From Rebecca billardiae RCC1528 (lineage: Eukaryota > Protista > Haptophyta): DNA of 64,000 nucleotides. The notes under the pieces are model-generated. The model made no database searches. It was not told where the DNA came from and saw only the letters and a list, made by a program, of their open reading frames with translations. The stretch covers positions 2,356,001 through 2,420,000 of the forward strand of contig OZ251229.1 in NCBI GenBank assembly GCA_965240325.2, read 5' to 3'. Both the position numbers and the translations under genes were made by a program. This document shows, piece after piece, positions 35,334 through 47,886 of this stretch. Within the stretch, counting starts at the first letter, position 1; the number at the start of each line of letters is the position of its first letter.

Positions 35334-37902
35334 ATGTCGTGGCACTCGATGCGATCTTGGCGCGACAGGCGTCGCACGGTGTCGCCGACGCCGGTGTCGT
35401 CACCGGTGCGCTCGACGATGGCCGCGACGCTTCGCGCAATGGAGGAGGGTGCGCGCGCCTCCGGCGACGGCGCGCGCGACGGCTCGAACGACGATGCTCC
35501 GCGCCCGACGGATGTGCCGATCATCCTCGAGCTGCCAGAGTGCGACCTGGCCGGGGACTGGAAGGACGCGGTGCTCGAGCGCGCGTATCAGGACGAGCAC
35601 ATGCTCCCCCTCCTGTACAAGCACCTCACGCGCGGCGGCATGGTCTTGCTCTGCGTCTCGTCGGTCTTCACCGTCGTGAGCTTCTTGTCGTTTGGCCTCA
35701 GCTTCGCGTTGACACTCGCGGCGAGCACATGGCTGCTGGCCTTGGTTTTGGTCTTGGTCGGCACGTTTGGCAGCCGAGCGGGGCTTCCACTCGCGGCGAC
35801 GGAGGCGGTCACGATGCTGCTCCTGGGTCTTCTGCTGGCGATCCCGCTCACGCCAACGCGTCTGTCGTCGCTGATGCAGAGCGTGCATGCTGGCGTGCGC
35901 GTGCGGCTGGACAACGAGGGCGACCTGCAGCTCGTGACGATCCGCTTCGCCGTCATCCTGCTGTACAGCGCCATCTTCGTGCAGCTGCGCCCACGGCGGT
36001 TCGCCGTCGTCCTCGTCTTCACCTGCATCTCCTCGGTTGCGCAGGAGCTCATCCTCGCGCCCGGGCTGCTGGCGACCAACGCGCGAGATTCAGTGGCCAT
36101 CATCGCGCTGCACTTGCTCGCCTACTTCGCGCGGAAGCACGTGTGGGCGATCGATCGCGCGCAGTGGCACTTCCACCGGCGCGTGGGCGACGCCGTGCGC
36201 GAGCAGTACGCCAAGGAGCGCGAGGACATCCACAACCGCCTCGAGCTCGCCAAGGTCACCGCGGGCAAGGAGGCGCGCTCGAAGCTGATCCGTGTCGCGA
36301 TGCACGACCTGCGCAGCCCGCTGCTCTCGGTGCACTCGCTCTCCAAGACGCTGGAGGCGCTGCCCGAGGACACGCCGCTGCACCACATCACGGGCTTTGT
36401 GCGCGCGCTCGGCGCGCTCTCGCAGCTGATGGAGGGGATCGTGAGCGACATGCTCGACTTTGAGCGCATCGACAGCGGGCGCATCACCCTCGTCAAGCGC
36501 CCGCTCTTCCTCGCGGATGTCCTCGGCGGTGTGCGCGCCACGTTCGAGACGGTCGCCGCCGGCAAGGGGATCGACTTCCGCATCGAGCCCCTGCCCGCCG
36601 TGCTCGCGGCGCCGCACGCGTACGAAGGCGACGCGGGGCGGCTGGCGCAGGTGCTGAACAACGGGTGCAGCAACGCGGTCAAGTTCACCGAGGCGGGCGG
36701 CTCGGTGAGAATCAGCGCGTGGCTCGCGCCCGAGCCGCCCGCGGGCAAGGGCAAGGGCTGGGACACGGTGCACGTGCGCGTTTCGGACACGGGCACCGGG
36801 CTGTCGGCGGCCGAGCTCAAGAAGCTGCAGGACGGCGACCTCTTTGTGCAGGTCGGCCGGGGCCAGCTGCAGGGCAACGGCGGCACGGGCCTCGGCCTCT
36901 CGATCGCGATGGAGCTGCTCAAGCTGCACGACGACTCGGAGCTGCGGCTGCGCTCGGCCGGCCCGGGCCAGGGCACAGACTTTGAGCTCGTGCTCAACCT
37001 CAAGCGCGCGCTGCCGCCTGCGGGCAGCGCGAGCGACCCCGCCTCCTTCGCTGGTGCTGGCGCGCTCTGCGCGCCGGCGGCGGACCGGCCCTTTGGCGCG
37101 CTCTGCGCGCCGGCGGCGGACCGGCCCTTGGCCTCGCGCTCGACGTCGCCCGCGCCCTTCCGCCACGCGGTGAGCGACATGGAGCAGATCACGGGCACTG
37201 CGACGACGATGCCGCCGCCAGGGAACGGCGGCACGCTGTCTGCGCCGTTGACCCCGGTGGCGCACTACCAGGTGGCGTCGCCGCCGCCGCCGATGCCGGC
37301 CACGGCGCCGTCGCAGCGCCGGCGGCTCAGCAGGCCGCCGCCGAGCGCGCCTGCGCCGAGCGTGCCGCCGGGCAAGCTCCGCTTCCCGCCGGGCTTCCGC
37401 TGCCTGCACGTCGAGGACGACAAGTTCGTGCAGATGACGCTGCCGCTCGCCACCTTCGAGCTCTTGGGCGCGGCGTACGACACGGCGAACGACGGCGAGC
37501 AGGCGCTGCGCATGGTCGAGGAGACGCAGTACGACTTCATCCTCATCGACAACCAGGTGAGTCCCCCGTGCCCACGCGCCGCACGCCACGCCGCGCTGCG
37601 CGCACGTCGCGCGCGCCGTCCACTCACGCCGCACCCTTCCGCGTCGCCTCCCTGTCTTCGTGCAGATGCCCAACCTCGGCGGCACGGAGACCACGCGCCT
37701 CCTACGCGAGCGCGGCTTTGTGAACACAATCATCGGGCTGACGGGCGATCCGGAGGGCTCGGACGACCGGGATGCTTTCGAGCGCGCGGGGCTGGACGCT
37801 TGCGTGGACAAGAACAGCAAGGGCACCGACTTCATTGTGAGCGAGCTGCGCAAGCTCGCCCATGGGGACAACCGGGTTTTCGAAATGCGCGCGCCAGCCT
37901 GA
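35334..37902 (+). CDS. membrane hybrid sensor histidine kinase/response regulator (intron 37557-37665)
   Basis: TM helices; H-box AMHDLRSPL; N-box QVLNNGCSNAVKFT; G1 DTGTG; G2 GTGLGL; receiver LHVEDD..DFILIDNQ|MP..GLTG..VDK. Confidence 0.92.
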
Positions 37903-38625
37903 GCGGCTGGTTGTAAGCGTCAACGACTGCGCGCCGCGATGCCTACGATGTATGACGATGCTGACTAGTCAGTCGCGCTACGCGCTAGTAACTCACTGAG
38001 GGAGTCACTAACAGCAGCAGTGCGTATTTATAATAAGATGACGCGACGACGCTCGATCTATGATGATATGCTGACGAATGGCGCGGACAGGCGGTGTCGA
38101 TCATCGTCATCAGTCGTACCGGGTGCCAAATCGGATTGACGCTGACGACGGAGTGATGACACGACTGCTTATTGACATCAGCCGAACTCAGTCAGTCGTG
38201 ACAGTCGTACTCGATCGGATATCATCGCAGGGTAGTAGTTCGTCGTATGATGATGATGATGATGATGATTCGTCGCGGACGCCGGACGGCCTCGTCACTC
38301 GTCGTCTCGAGTCCCGACTCCGACTCCGTCGATCGACCTGCAGTGAGTGCAGTGCTCGAGCCCTCGCCTCTCCGACGGAGCTGCTCGACCGCTTGATAGT
38401 TGATAGTCGTTGTTGTCGCTCGTCACTCCGGAGTCCGGACTCACTCGTCAGTCTTAAATTGCTAGTCGTCAACGCGGTCATCATCATCATCAATGACAGG
38501 CGGCATGTCGTCAGCAGTGTTGTCGACTGAGTAGTGACGAGTCTCAGACGACTGCGTCAATCACTGCGCTGACAGTGCTCACGCCTCGGCCTCGTGGCTC
38601 GTCGCGTGCCGCCGCCTCATCATCG

Positions 38626-40025
38626 TCACCGTTGCATCAATGGTCCCAGAGTCTCGCGCAGATCGCACGTGAGCTGCGCCTTGTCCCCGTAGTAGCACCG
38701 CGCCTGCTCGAGCACGTGTGCAAGCTGTTCGACGCCCTGGCGATCGGAGTGCCCCCACAGCCGGAGCCGCATGAGCGCGACCGCCCGGCGGATTTCGATT
38801 TGCTGCGCGGGGTCGTCGCTGCCGCTGGCAGCGCGGAGCATGCCGTCGAGCGCGTCTTGCCAGCGCACGAGGCGCGGCGCGCTGCTGGACGCCCACTCGG
38901 CGGCGCCCTCCTCTGCGTCCGCGGCAGGCGCCGTGCCCTTGCCCGCGTCGCGAGCGAGCTCGGCGGCGCTGAGCAGCGCGTGCTGGACCATCTCCTCGCA
39001 GAAGAGGTTGAGCCCAGCAGGGCCGACCGTCTCGCGCACGCGGCGGAGCACCTCGGCGCGGTCGGTCCAGCAGAACGCGGCCGCGTTCTCGATGTCGACG
39101 GCGCCGGCGATCCGCGCGATCTCGGCGCGCATCGTGCGCTCGTCGGCCGCGGCCTGCGCCTTGAGCGTCGCCGCTGCGCTCGGCGGCATCAGCGCGCGCA
39201 CGGGCCGGTTGAGCAGCAGCGCCGTGCGCAGCTCGTCGAGGCACCACACGCGGGAGAGCGGCGCGGGGTCGTCGTACCGCTCGAGGAAGAGCCACAGCTC
39301 GCGGCTCTCAAACACCGCCTGCCGCAGCGGGTCGAACTGGAATGCCATCAGCCCGCCCCCGCTCGCGTGCAGGTGCTGGTTCACGCAGAACACGTCCAGC
39401 CACACCATCGTACGCTCGCGCTCGGGCTCGGGCACGGCGCCCAGGATCGCCTGGACGAGGCCGCCGCGCCCGGTGCGCGCGATGGCGCTCTCGGGCACGT
39501 AGAACGTCTGCCGCCACGCGTGCGAGCAGAAGATCCGCGGCGCGCCCTTGTGCGCGTCCGCGACGAGCTCGATGAACGCGCGCCCGACCGGGTTGGGCTC
39601 GAGCAGCTTCTGCTCGCGCGTGGCCGGCAGGATGAGCCGCTGCACGACGGCGTCCGTCGAGAGCCACGCGATCTCGGACTCGTGCGCCGCGGCCCAGCGC
39701 TCGAGGAACGCCACGGAGACGCCCTCCCAGGAGACGGCCAGCGCCCCGGTGCGCGACACCTCGCTCTCCGCCGCGTGCGCCTCGCGCACGCGGCCCTGCC
39801 GCCGCAGCAGCCGGCCGAGCGCCGCGGCGCGAGGCGCTCGCGCCGCATCGTCGCGGTCGAGGGCGCGCAGGCCGGCGCGGAGGAGGCGCTCAGCGCGGCG
39901 CGAAGCGTGCTCGGCGCTGCCCAGCTCCCACAGCTCGGCCACGCGCAGGCAGAGCCTGTGCGCGAGCCGCGACCACTGCGCGGGCGCGGTCTGCTCGATG
40001 AGCTCGAGCGCCCAGTTGTCGCCGT

Positions 40026-40061
<36 letters not shown>

Positions 40062-40989
40062 CGGAAGCCTCGTCGAGGTGGGCGTGGCCGCGCAGCTCGG
40101 CGGCGAGCTCCGCCTCGGCAGCGCGTGCGTACGCCTGGCGCAGCACGTCGAGCAACCGCGGCCGTACCTCGTCCACACCGCCCAGCTCCTCGATCAGCGC
40201 CTGCACCCACGAGCGCAGCGCCTCCGCCTCCGAGTCCGCGGTCGCGGCCGCGGCGGGCTCGACCTCGAGCGCGGCGACGACGCGCAGGACGACGGAGGGG
40301 CCCGAGGCGGCGAGCGTCTCGGCGAGGCGGCGGCGCTCGTGCGGCGTCAGCGCGATCGTGAGCCGCGCCTCCGCGTGCAGCGCGCACGTCGACTCGACGA
40401 GCAGCCAGAGCCGGCGGAAGGGCGACGGGTCGTCCCACGCGTCCACCACCTGCACCATCTCGCCCGTCGAGGCGATCAGCGCCTGCTTGCGGCGCAGATC
40501 GGCGCGCACGTCGCCGCGCGGCGTGTGGATGTCGCGGCTGAGCACGGGCAGGAAGAAGCAGGCGCTCGCCCGCGCGCCGTGCGGAATCGAGCGGCTGATC
40601 GCCGTGACCGCGCTCGAGAATGGCATCGCAAACGGCACGGAGACGTAGTGCGTGACCGGGCCGGCGGCGGACGGGTCGGCGCGCGCGCGCCACTCAGCCC
40701 ACGCGCACGTGGGCTGAGGCACGGCCGCGAGGGACGCCTCGTCCTCCGGCGGCCACGAGATCGTCGCGCTCGCGCCGTCCGGCCGCGTGTACGTGCGGCC
40801 GCGGTCGCTCGAGCCAGAGTCAAAGGCGACGGTGTGGCCGTCGGGCAGCACGTCCTGCGCCCACAGGCGCTCCTTCAGCTCGTACCCGGTCAGTGCGGAC
40901 CCTCCGGCGAGGGAGCGCGCCGCCTGCTCCTGCAAGACCGCGAGCGACACGCCAAGGTCGCGCGGCGGCGCGGGGCCGTCGTCGGCCAT
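38626..40989 (-). CDS. tandem HET/TIR-like domain protein with TPR-like helices
   Basis: The C-terminal module has FCSHAW, VWLDVFCVNQH and SRVWCLDEL. The N-terminal module is a degenerate paralog. Each module is followed by helical TPR-like segments. Confidence 0.75.
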
Positions 40990-41062
40990 TTCCCCAGCCG
41001 ACCAGGCCGCCGGCCCGGGCGGTGAGAACCTCCTGCTCCGCGCGGCCGCGTGCAAGCTGTCC

Positions 41063-42427
41063 ATGCACGCGTGCGGCCACTGCGGCGGCACACTCTTCTC
41101 GGGTGACTTCGTGGGGCATGCGGCGGCGGACATGGACGCGGCTCTAGGGTTCCACTTGCGCCGCGCATGCGTCACGCGCCCCGAGGACGACCTGCGCGCC
41201 GTCATCGCGCGGGGCGGCCCGATCGACGTCGTGCTGCGCGACGCGCGGCCTGCGGCCAAGGGCGACGCGCCGCTTGCCTTCTGTGCCCGCCACTCGCTCG
41301 ACGAGCTTGCGATGACTCTGCTCGAGCGCGGCGTACCCGCGTCCGAGCTCGACGCCACAGACCGCTTCGGCTGCACCGCGCTGCACCACGCGGCTGCTCG
41401 GGGATGTGTGCGACTGGCGGAGGCGCTCGTGGCGCGGGGCGCACACGTGGACGCGCGAACGGCCGACTCTGTGCACGCGCACGTGGGTGACCGCACGCCG
41501 CTGCATCTCGTGGCGCTCACCGTGTCACCGCACGCGCTCGATCTCGCCGCCGTCCTGCTGCGTGCGCGCGCGGACCCACGCGCGCGCGATGCGGACGGCC
41601 TGACGCCGCTGCAGCTGGCGCGCCCCTGCGGCGCGGCGCCGGCGTCGGCTCTGGCGCTGCAGCTCTCGGAAGCGGCGTCTGCAGTGGCAGGGAACGCGGA
41701 TGCGTCGGCGGACGAGCGCGCGGGCCCACACGGTAGCGACGGGAGCGACAGCTCCGACGACGAGTCCGCCATGCCCCACACGAGCGCCGCCGTGCGCTCG
41801 GCGCTCTCGGCTCTCGGCCAGCGCGAGCGGCGCCGGCTGCGGCTGGACGTGACGGATCGGCCGCTGCTGCGCGGCGTGCACGTGCTGCGCGGCGTGTGGG
41901 AGCGCGGCGTGTGCGAGCACGTGCTCGGGCACGTGCTCCGCGTCGCGCGCACCCGCGGCTGGCAGAGCGCCCGGCACGCGCACCACCCGACCGTCGACAT
42001 GCCCGTGTGGCGCGTGCCCGCCGTGCACGCGCTCGTGCTGAGCACGCTCGAGCGCCGCGTGCTGCCGGGAATGGAGCGGCTGTTCGAGCTGGCGCCGGGC
42101 GCGCTGCGGGTGAAGGAGGCGTTCTTCATCAAGTACGAGGCCGCGCCCGAGGGCTCGGAGCGCGGTCGGTGCCAGCCGGGCCTCGAGCTGCATCGGGACG
42201 GCACGCTCTTCAGCTGCAACGTGCACCTGAACGGCGGCGCAGCGGCGGACGGGAGCTTCGCGGGCGGCGGCACCTTCTTCGCGCACACGGGTGAGACGGT
42301 GTGCGAGCCCGCGGGAGACTTTGTGGTGCACTGCGGCCAGATGCTGCACGGCGCGGTCTGCGTCACGGCGGGCGTGCGCTACGTGCTTGTCGCATTCGTC
42401 GACGAGAAGCGGCGCCCAGATGAGTGA
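41063..42427 (+). CDS. ankyrin-repeat plus 2OG-Fe(II) dioxygenase (PLOD-like C-terminus)
   Basis: GCTALHHAA, DRTPLHLVA, GLTPLQLA; FFIKYE..LELHRDGTLFSCNVHLN..GGGTFF..LHGAVCVTAGVRYVLVAF. Confidence 0.85.
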   Translation: MHACGHCGGTLFSGDFVGHAAADMDAALGFHLRRACVTRPEDDLRAVIARGGPIDVVLRDARPAAKGDAPLAFCARHSLDELAMTLLERGVPASELDATDRFGCTALHHAAARGCVRLAEALVARGAHVDARTADSVHAHVGDRTPLHLVALTVSPHALDLAAVLLRARADPRARDADGLTPLQLARPCGAAPASALALQLSEAASAVAGNADASADERAGPHGSDGSDSSDDESAMPHTSAAVRSALSALGQRERRRLRLDVTDRPLLRGVHVLRGVWERGVCEHVLGHVLRVARTRGWQSARHAHHPTVDMPVWRVPAVHALVLSTLERRVLPGMERLFELAPGALRVKEAFFIKYEAAPEGSERGRCQPGLELHRDGTLFSCNVHLNGGAAADGSFAGGGTFFAHTGETVCEPAGDFVVHCGQMLHGAVCVTAGVRYVLVAFVDEKRRPDE

Positions 42428-42607
42428 TGATGACGACTGACCTGTTGATTGACCATCGTCATCGAGAGTAGCTGATAAGGACTTTGGCACTTTGCCCGAG
42501 AGCAGATGCAGTCTGCAGCCAAGCCGTTTATAATACGTACGGCACCCTCCGCCTCCGTCCGCCGGAGGCGGAGGGTCAGGGTGCCGTGTAACGGCTTGGC
42601 TGCAGAC

Positions 42608-42639
42608 TCATTCTATGATTTAACGACACAGGTAGGACG
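42608..42639. repeat. 32-bp dispersed element (identical at 12361-12392 and 13175-13206)
   Basis: TCATTCTATGATTTAACGACACAGGTAGGACG. Confidence 0.85.
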
Positions 42640-42793
42640 GCGCAGGTCTCCTGATTCGTCGTCGGCAGTGCCCTTGATCGTCGACTGAGAGCAAGATGGC
42701 GAAAAACATTAATTATAAAACAAAGAGACCGGAATCAATCTCGATAGAAACTCGCCGCAGCGAAGGCGGCCCGCCTTAGGCGGGGATCGCGCG

Positions 42794-43559
42794 ATGGCGC
42801 CGGCTGAGGCCGACCACCACCGCCTGCTCGGCGTGTCGCCCGATGCGACAGAGAAGGAGATCAAGCTCGCCTATCGCAGACTAGCAAAGAAGCACCACCC
42901 AGACATGAATCCCGGCTGCAAGGTCCGGCTGAGCGGCCAACGCGCGCCCCAACTGCGCCGTGCTGAGCGCCGACTCCCGCACCTGAATGCTGCGCAGCAC
43001 GCGGAGGACTCCTTCAAGCAGATCACGATCGCGTACAACAAGGCCATCGGCGAGGTAAAACTGCGCGCAGTCCGTCCGTCCGGGGCCACCGGCCGCACTG
43101 CATCGGCACCGCGCTATCGCAGGTGCGAACTCCGCGGCGCATTGCACCAGCATGGGTCTGGACGGAGCATGCGCCATGGCAGACGGCTGACCGCGCGCCT
43201 TGCGTGACGCACGCCGACATTGCAGGAGGACAAACGCCGGCTCGTCTTCCGAGCACGTGAACTTCGATGAATGGAACCGCGCGCACTACGGCTCGGACGA
43301 CCGGTACGACTACTCGGGCACCCGCAGGTGGAACGTTGGGCCAAGCGAGCGCTCCTGGCAGGAGGCAGCGGCCAGGCGAGCCCGCCATGGCAGCGCGCAG
43401 GCGGCGTCACAAGGCATGGGCTCAGGTAGCCGAGCGCAGTGGCGCGCCCCGCCGAGAACAGCGACGCGCAAGCCGTCCGCGCTCATCATCATCGCGGCAC
43501 AGCTGGCGGCGGGGGTTGGCATCTGGACTTGGGTTGCGAGCACGTTGGTGGCCAAGTAG
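42794..43559 (+). CDS. DnaJ (J-domain) protein with C-terminal TM segment (introns 42923-42997, 43123-43225)
   Basis: [35 protein letters not shown]; GT..AG introns keep the frame; hydrophobic C-terminus. Confidence 0.85.
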
Positions 43560-43789
43560 CCACTAGCTTTATCTTAGCAGAGGCACTGAGGCTGGCAGCA
43601 TTATCATCACGATTGTCAGCGGCATCGATGATATCAGACTCATATCGTCGTACACTGCATATCGTATATAAATTTATTATATATATATATATATATATAT
43701 ATATTGCCATCCATATCGCACTATCACTCGTCCGATGGACAGTGACTAGACCGGACAGGCTGCTATATATATGGCATATCGTCTTAATA

Positions 43790-43813
43790 ATCTCTCTCTC
43801 TCGTCTCTCTCTG

Positions 43814-43844
<31 letters not shown>

Positions 43845-43849
43845 CCTCT

Positions 43850-43931
<82 letters not shown>
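43790..43931. repeat. (TC)n microsatellite
   Basis: Directly visible. Confidence 0.95.
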
Positions 43932-43932
<1 letters not shown>

Positions 43933-45078
43933 GTAATAGGCTGCTGTAGTACCGCATAGCTCATTATTAGCTGACGAGCTCGTTAATAAATAATTCCGTG
44001 CGCTCACTGCTCACTCATAATTATAATGAGGACTCTCTCGTCTAAATTCTAATCCGCCGACGCTGCTACTGACTGACCGTAGTGCTGAATGTTCGGCGTC
44101 GGATATGGTGCGGTCGCCTGCTGGCGGCCGACTCCGGGCTGTCAGAAGTTCCCATCATACTGAACAAATAACGGTCACGGTCACGACTGGCACGGTGTTA
44201 AACAGTTACATCGCGCGCAGTTATACCGGAATTGTCACGCCGCTTTGTCCGCCGCCATCAGGCAGTCGTGGCCCGGGGCAGCTAGTCCCGAGTCCGCCAC
44301 CTGTTGTTGTCCCGCCAATCGCCATGGGCCATCACTCATCAGAGTGGCCGCGTGGGGCCCGTGAGCGTGTGCGTGGTTACGGCGTTAGATAATAGATTAT
44401 CAAGGGCCTTGGTTAGGTACGGCGCAGAGTGCATGCTGTCAAAGCGTCATGCATGCGCAATATATATTCACTTTCGTCGGCCGGAAGACGGCGGCAAATA
44501 ACTGTCCCGGCGGATGCGGAGATTGGCGGATGTTAGACAGACAGCCTTGTCATCACATGCCACGTTCACAATCACAATGGCGGTCATGACTGATCGACAT
44601 TATTAAACGGCGGATGAGGATATGACGATGGATACTTATGATGATTGTCAGTGTCTGCTGTCATCACTGTCGGCCTGCGCTGGGAATCACCGCCAGCAGG
44701 CTCAGATGTGATGAGTAACTATAGCAGTAGGCTTCATACGGGACAGGGTCCGCAGCAGCTCACTCAGTCAGCTGACAGCGCCGCTGCCTGCGTCGGGCTC
44801 ACGGCCCTGATGCGGCTTACGCCACAGAATGTCAAACGCGCGGATTGACGCGGTATATATAAACCGGCGCCACGGGCGGCGGCTAACTAAAGGTCCGCGC
44901 GGCCCGAGTAGGCCCGAGTAAGTACCAGTAGGCTGAGTCGGAACGACGCATCAAGCGTCGCCGTCGACGCCGGTGGGCAGACTCTCTATATAGGCAGGCG
45001 TCACCGACATCGTATAACTAGTCAGTCTACCTGCGCTGGCGCAGCATCATATATTTCACCAGAGTCGTAACGGGCCTC

Positions 45079-46032
45079 TCACGGAGCCTGCGGCGGAGGA
45101 CCGAGGAGCACGGTTGCACGCCGCCTCGTCAGGTCTTTGAGCACGGCGCGCACGTCGCGCTGGAAGCGTTCCCTCCCTGCGGCGTACACGGGCCCGTCCC
45201 CGCCATCCACTACTTCGCCCAGCTTCCGCAGGAGTCTCTCGTCGAAGGCGCGCTTCGCCTGGCGCACAGCCTGGAACTCAAGCGGAAGCGGTGTCCCGCC
45301 GAGCAGCCTGTGGAAGAGGCACACGCTGAGCTCCCACTCCTCGACGAGCCCAACAAAGGCGAAGCCACCACGCAGCCGCTCGACGGCGGCGGCCTGCTCC
45401 TCGCGCGAGACCGCCTCGGGGTCATTGCACGCGCGCCCCGTGAGCATCTTCGCCGTGCAGCCCTGCACGGCGGACAGAGATGCGTACTGCTGCACGGAGC
45501 GAGCCTGGGCAACACTCTTGCAGCGGAAATTGCGCCGCGAATCGCGGACCTTTGTGCACGTGGGCTGAGCAGGCACCTCTGGGCTGCAGTCCTGGATGCA
45601 GTGCCGCCCGTGCTTGTACGCCGAGAGGACTCTCGATGATGGCTCGCGCAGCATCGTCACGAAGTGGCCGGCATGTGCGCGCCACTCATCAGGGCCGACC
45701 GGCTTGTGCGTCGCGGGCGTGTGGTCGACGAGGTGCGCGCAGTGCTCCTTGAGAGGATAGTCGCGGTTGAAGTTGCGCTCGTAAAAGCCAGCGTAGTCCG
45801 CCGCCGACGCGTGGCGAGGCACATCGCAGCCGTAGTGCCACACGGTGTTCATGAAGCTCGTGCCCGTCTTTGGTACATGCACCCATCGGATCGAGGTGCC
45901 GGCCGGCGCGGGAAAGGGGTGCGCATCTGCGTCGCAGATGAGCCGCCGCTCCTCTGCGGAGATCCAATCGTCGCCAGCCGCTGCGCGTGCGCCCATCGCA
46001 CAGAGCCATGCGAGGGCACACTGGGCCCGCAT
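45079..46032 (-). CDS. sulfotransferase family protein with signal peptide
   Basis: 5'-PSB WVHVPKTGTSF; 3'-PB TMLREPSSRVLSAY; FAFVGLVEEW. Confidence 0.85.
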   Translation of the reverse strand: MRAQCALAWLCAMGARAAAGDDWISAEERRLICDADAHPFPAPAGTSIRWVHVPKTGTSFMNTVWHYGCDVPRHASAADYAGFYERNFNRDYPLKEHCAHLVDHTPATHKPVGPDEWRAHAGHFVTMLREPSSRVLSAYKHGRHCIQDCSPEVPAQPTCTKVRDSRRNFRCKSVAQARSVQQYASLSAVQGCTAKMLTGRACNDPEAVSREEQAAAVERLRGGFAFVGLVEEWELSVCLFHRLLGGTPLPLEFQAVRQAKRAFDERLLRKLGEVVDGGDGPVYAAGRERFQRDVRAVLKDLTRRRATVLLGPPPQAP

Positions 46033-46162
46033 CGTAGTTGCTACAGCCTGGACGGCACGGCGGCTGTGGCATCCATGCTGAAGCGGCGGCCACAGCCCCG
46101 CGCGCGCCGGGGGGGGGGCCAACCCGCGGTGAGCGGTGGCACGTGTAACGACACCCGTCGCC

Positions 46163-47497
46163 ATGGTGCGCGCGACGATGCCGCTCCCACAGCGCTCGCA
46201 GACGTACCGGCCGTGGGGGCCGGGCGTGGTCCCGACGACCAAGTCGACGTTCGGCACGCAGTACGAGGCGCGCAGGCCCACCTCGCCCTCGTACGGCTTC
46301 GGCACCTCGCGCGCGAGCACTCACTCGAAGGTGTTCATCTCCAACGAGCACACGCGCGAGCGGCAGGGGATGTCCTCGCCGGGGCCGGTGTACGCGATCC
46401 GCTCTCGGTTCGGCCCTTTCGACGCGCCGAGCTACTCGTTTGGCACCGCCGTGCGCGACACGCTCGCCTACACGTCGCGCGCGCACTGGGGCGACGACAT
46501 CCCTGGCCCAGGCGCGTACACGCTGCCAGACCTGCAGGCGCGGAGATCGGTCAAGTTCGGCCTGAGCGAGCGCTCGGACGCGTCGAAAAGTGCGCGCGCG
46601 CCCGACTCCACGCCGCGTGTCCCGCGCCGGCGCGTGCCGTGGCCCCGTACCGCCCCTCGTGCTCGACGCGCATGACGCCCTGGCCTCCCTGCCGCACCGT
46701 TGGCATTCCTCGTGCGCGCGTGTGCACACACACACACCAGTTTACACCTCCGAAGCGCTGGCGAGGGTCGACCCGTCCCTCAACGCGTCGCCTGGCCCGA
46801 GCGCGTATGGTTCGATCTCGACCTTTGGCGAGTACCCGGACTCGCGCTTCCGCTCGAGCCGAGGCGTGGCGATCGGCACGCAGCCGCGCAGCTACGAGCA
46901 GGAGGCGCATGCGCGCGCGCGCATCATCTCGCCAGGGCCGGGCGAGTACGGGATCGTCGGCGGCCGGGCGCTCGGCTCGCAGGTTGAGTCGCACCGGCAC
47001 TCGGCACCAACCTACTCCTTCAGCTCGGCGGACCGCGAGGCCACGGCCAACGTCCTGCCCTCGCGCGCGCACGAGCGCGTGCTGCGCGGACGCGACTCGC
47101 CCTCGCCAGGCCTGTACCGCACGCGCGGCGCGCTGGGCGAGCAGATTAACTCGAGGAAAAAGACGCTGCCTGCGTACACCTTCAGCGCATCCGATCGGTT
47201 CCATATGGACAAGGCTGGTGCGCGCAGCCTGCGCGTGCCGATGTGCGCGAGATGCGGCCGCGCGCTCGCCTGCCTCGCCTGCACTCGCGTCGCGACGCCC
47301 CCCTTCCGGCTGCCCTCTGGCGTGCGCACGCTGCGGGCGCCCGCCGCACCCGCCGCCCGTCTCTTGCTTCGTGGCTGACGCGGTGCTCCGCGCGGCGCTG
47401 CTGCTGGTGTTGCGCGCGCGGCCGGCGTGGCATCGTGCCGCTGCGAGCAGCTGCGCGTGCGGCGGCGTCGCCTGGGCCCGGCCAGTACATGTTATGA
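46163..47497 (+). CDS. SHIPPO-1/ODF3-like PGP-repeat ciliary protein (introns 46590-46740, 47218-47450)
   Basis: Repeated SPGPxxY motifs and PxYSFG/S motifs; the introns restore the frame. Confidence 0.8.
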
Positions 47498-47886
47498 CGA
47501 GTCGCCGCCGGTGACACTGACCGCCGGTGACTAATCAGGAAAGCGCTGCCATGCACACTGATAGCGAGTCTCAGCACATATATCGGATCGCGTTCTTGAG
47601 CTAGCTGCTATTACTTGTCACAGTCACGGGAACCTGAGCCCGCGGCGCCAGCCCCGTACGCTCTCGGACTTGCCAGAAACGTAGTACTGTAGGAAACGCT
47701 TATTGTTTCCTACCTTTCTGCACGCAGATTTCTGCACGCAGGAGCAACAGTTTCAACTAAAACTGTTGCGCGCTTATTTGTAAGACCCCTTGATCGAGAT
47801 TACTACCGCGAGAGGTCGACGTCGTTACCCGGTACTCGTTACGAATTTGACTACCGATGTTTCAGGACGGACCGTGTGGATCAAGG

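Noticed and set aside
38626-42366. 1246-aa ORF read as a single gene
   Set aside because: The N-terminal ~460 aa is the antisense of the ankyrin-2OG gene; the real start is more likely 40989.
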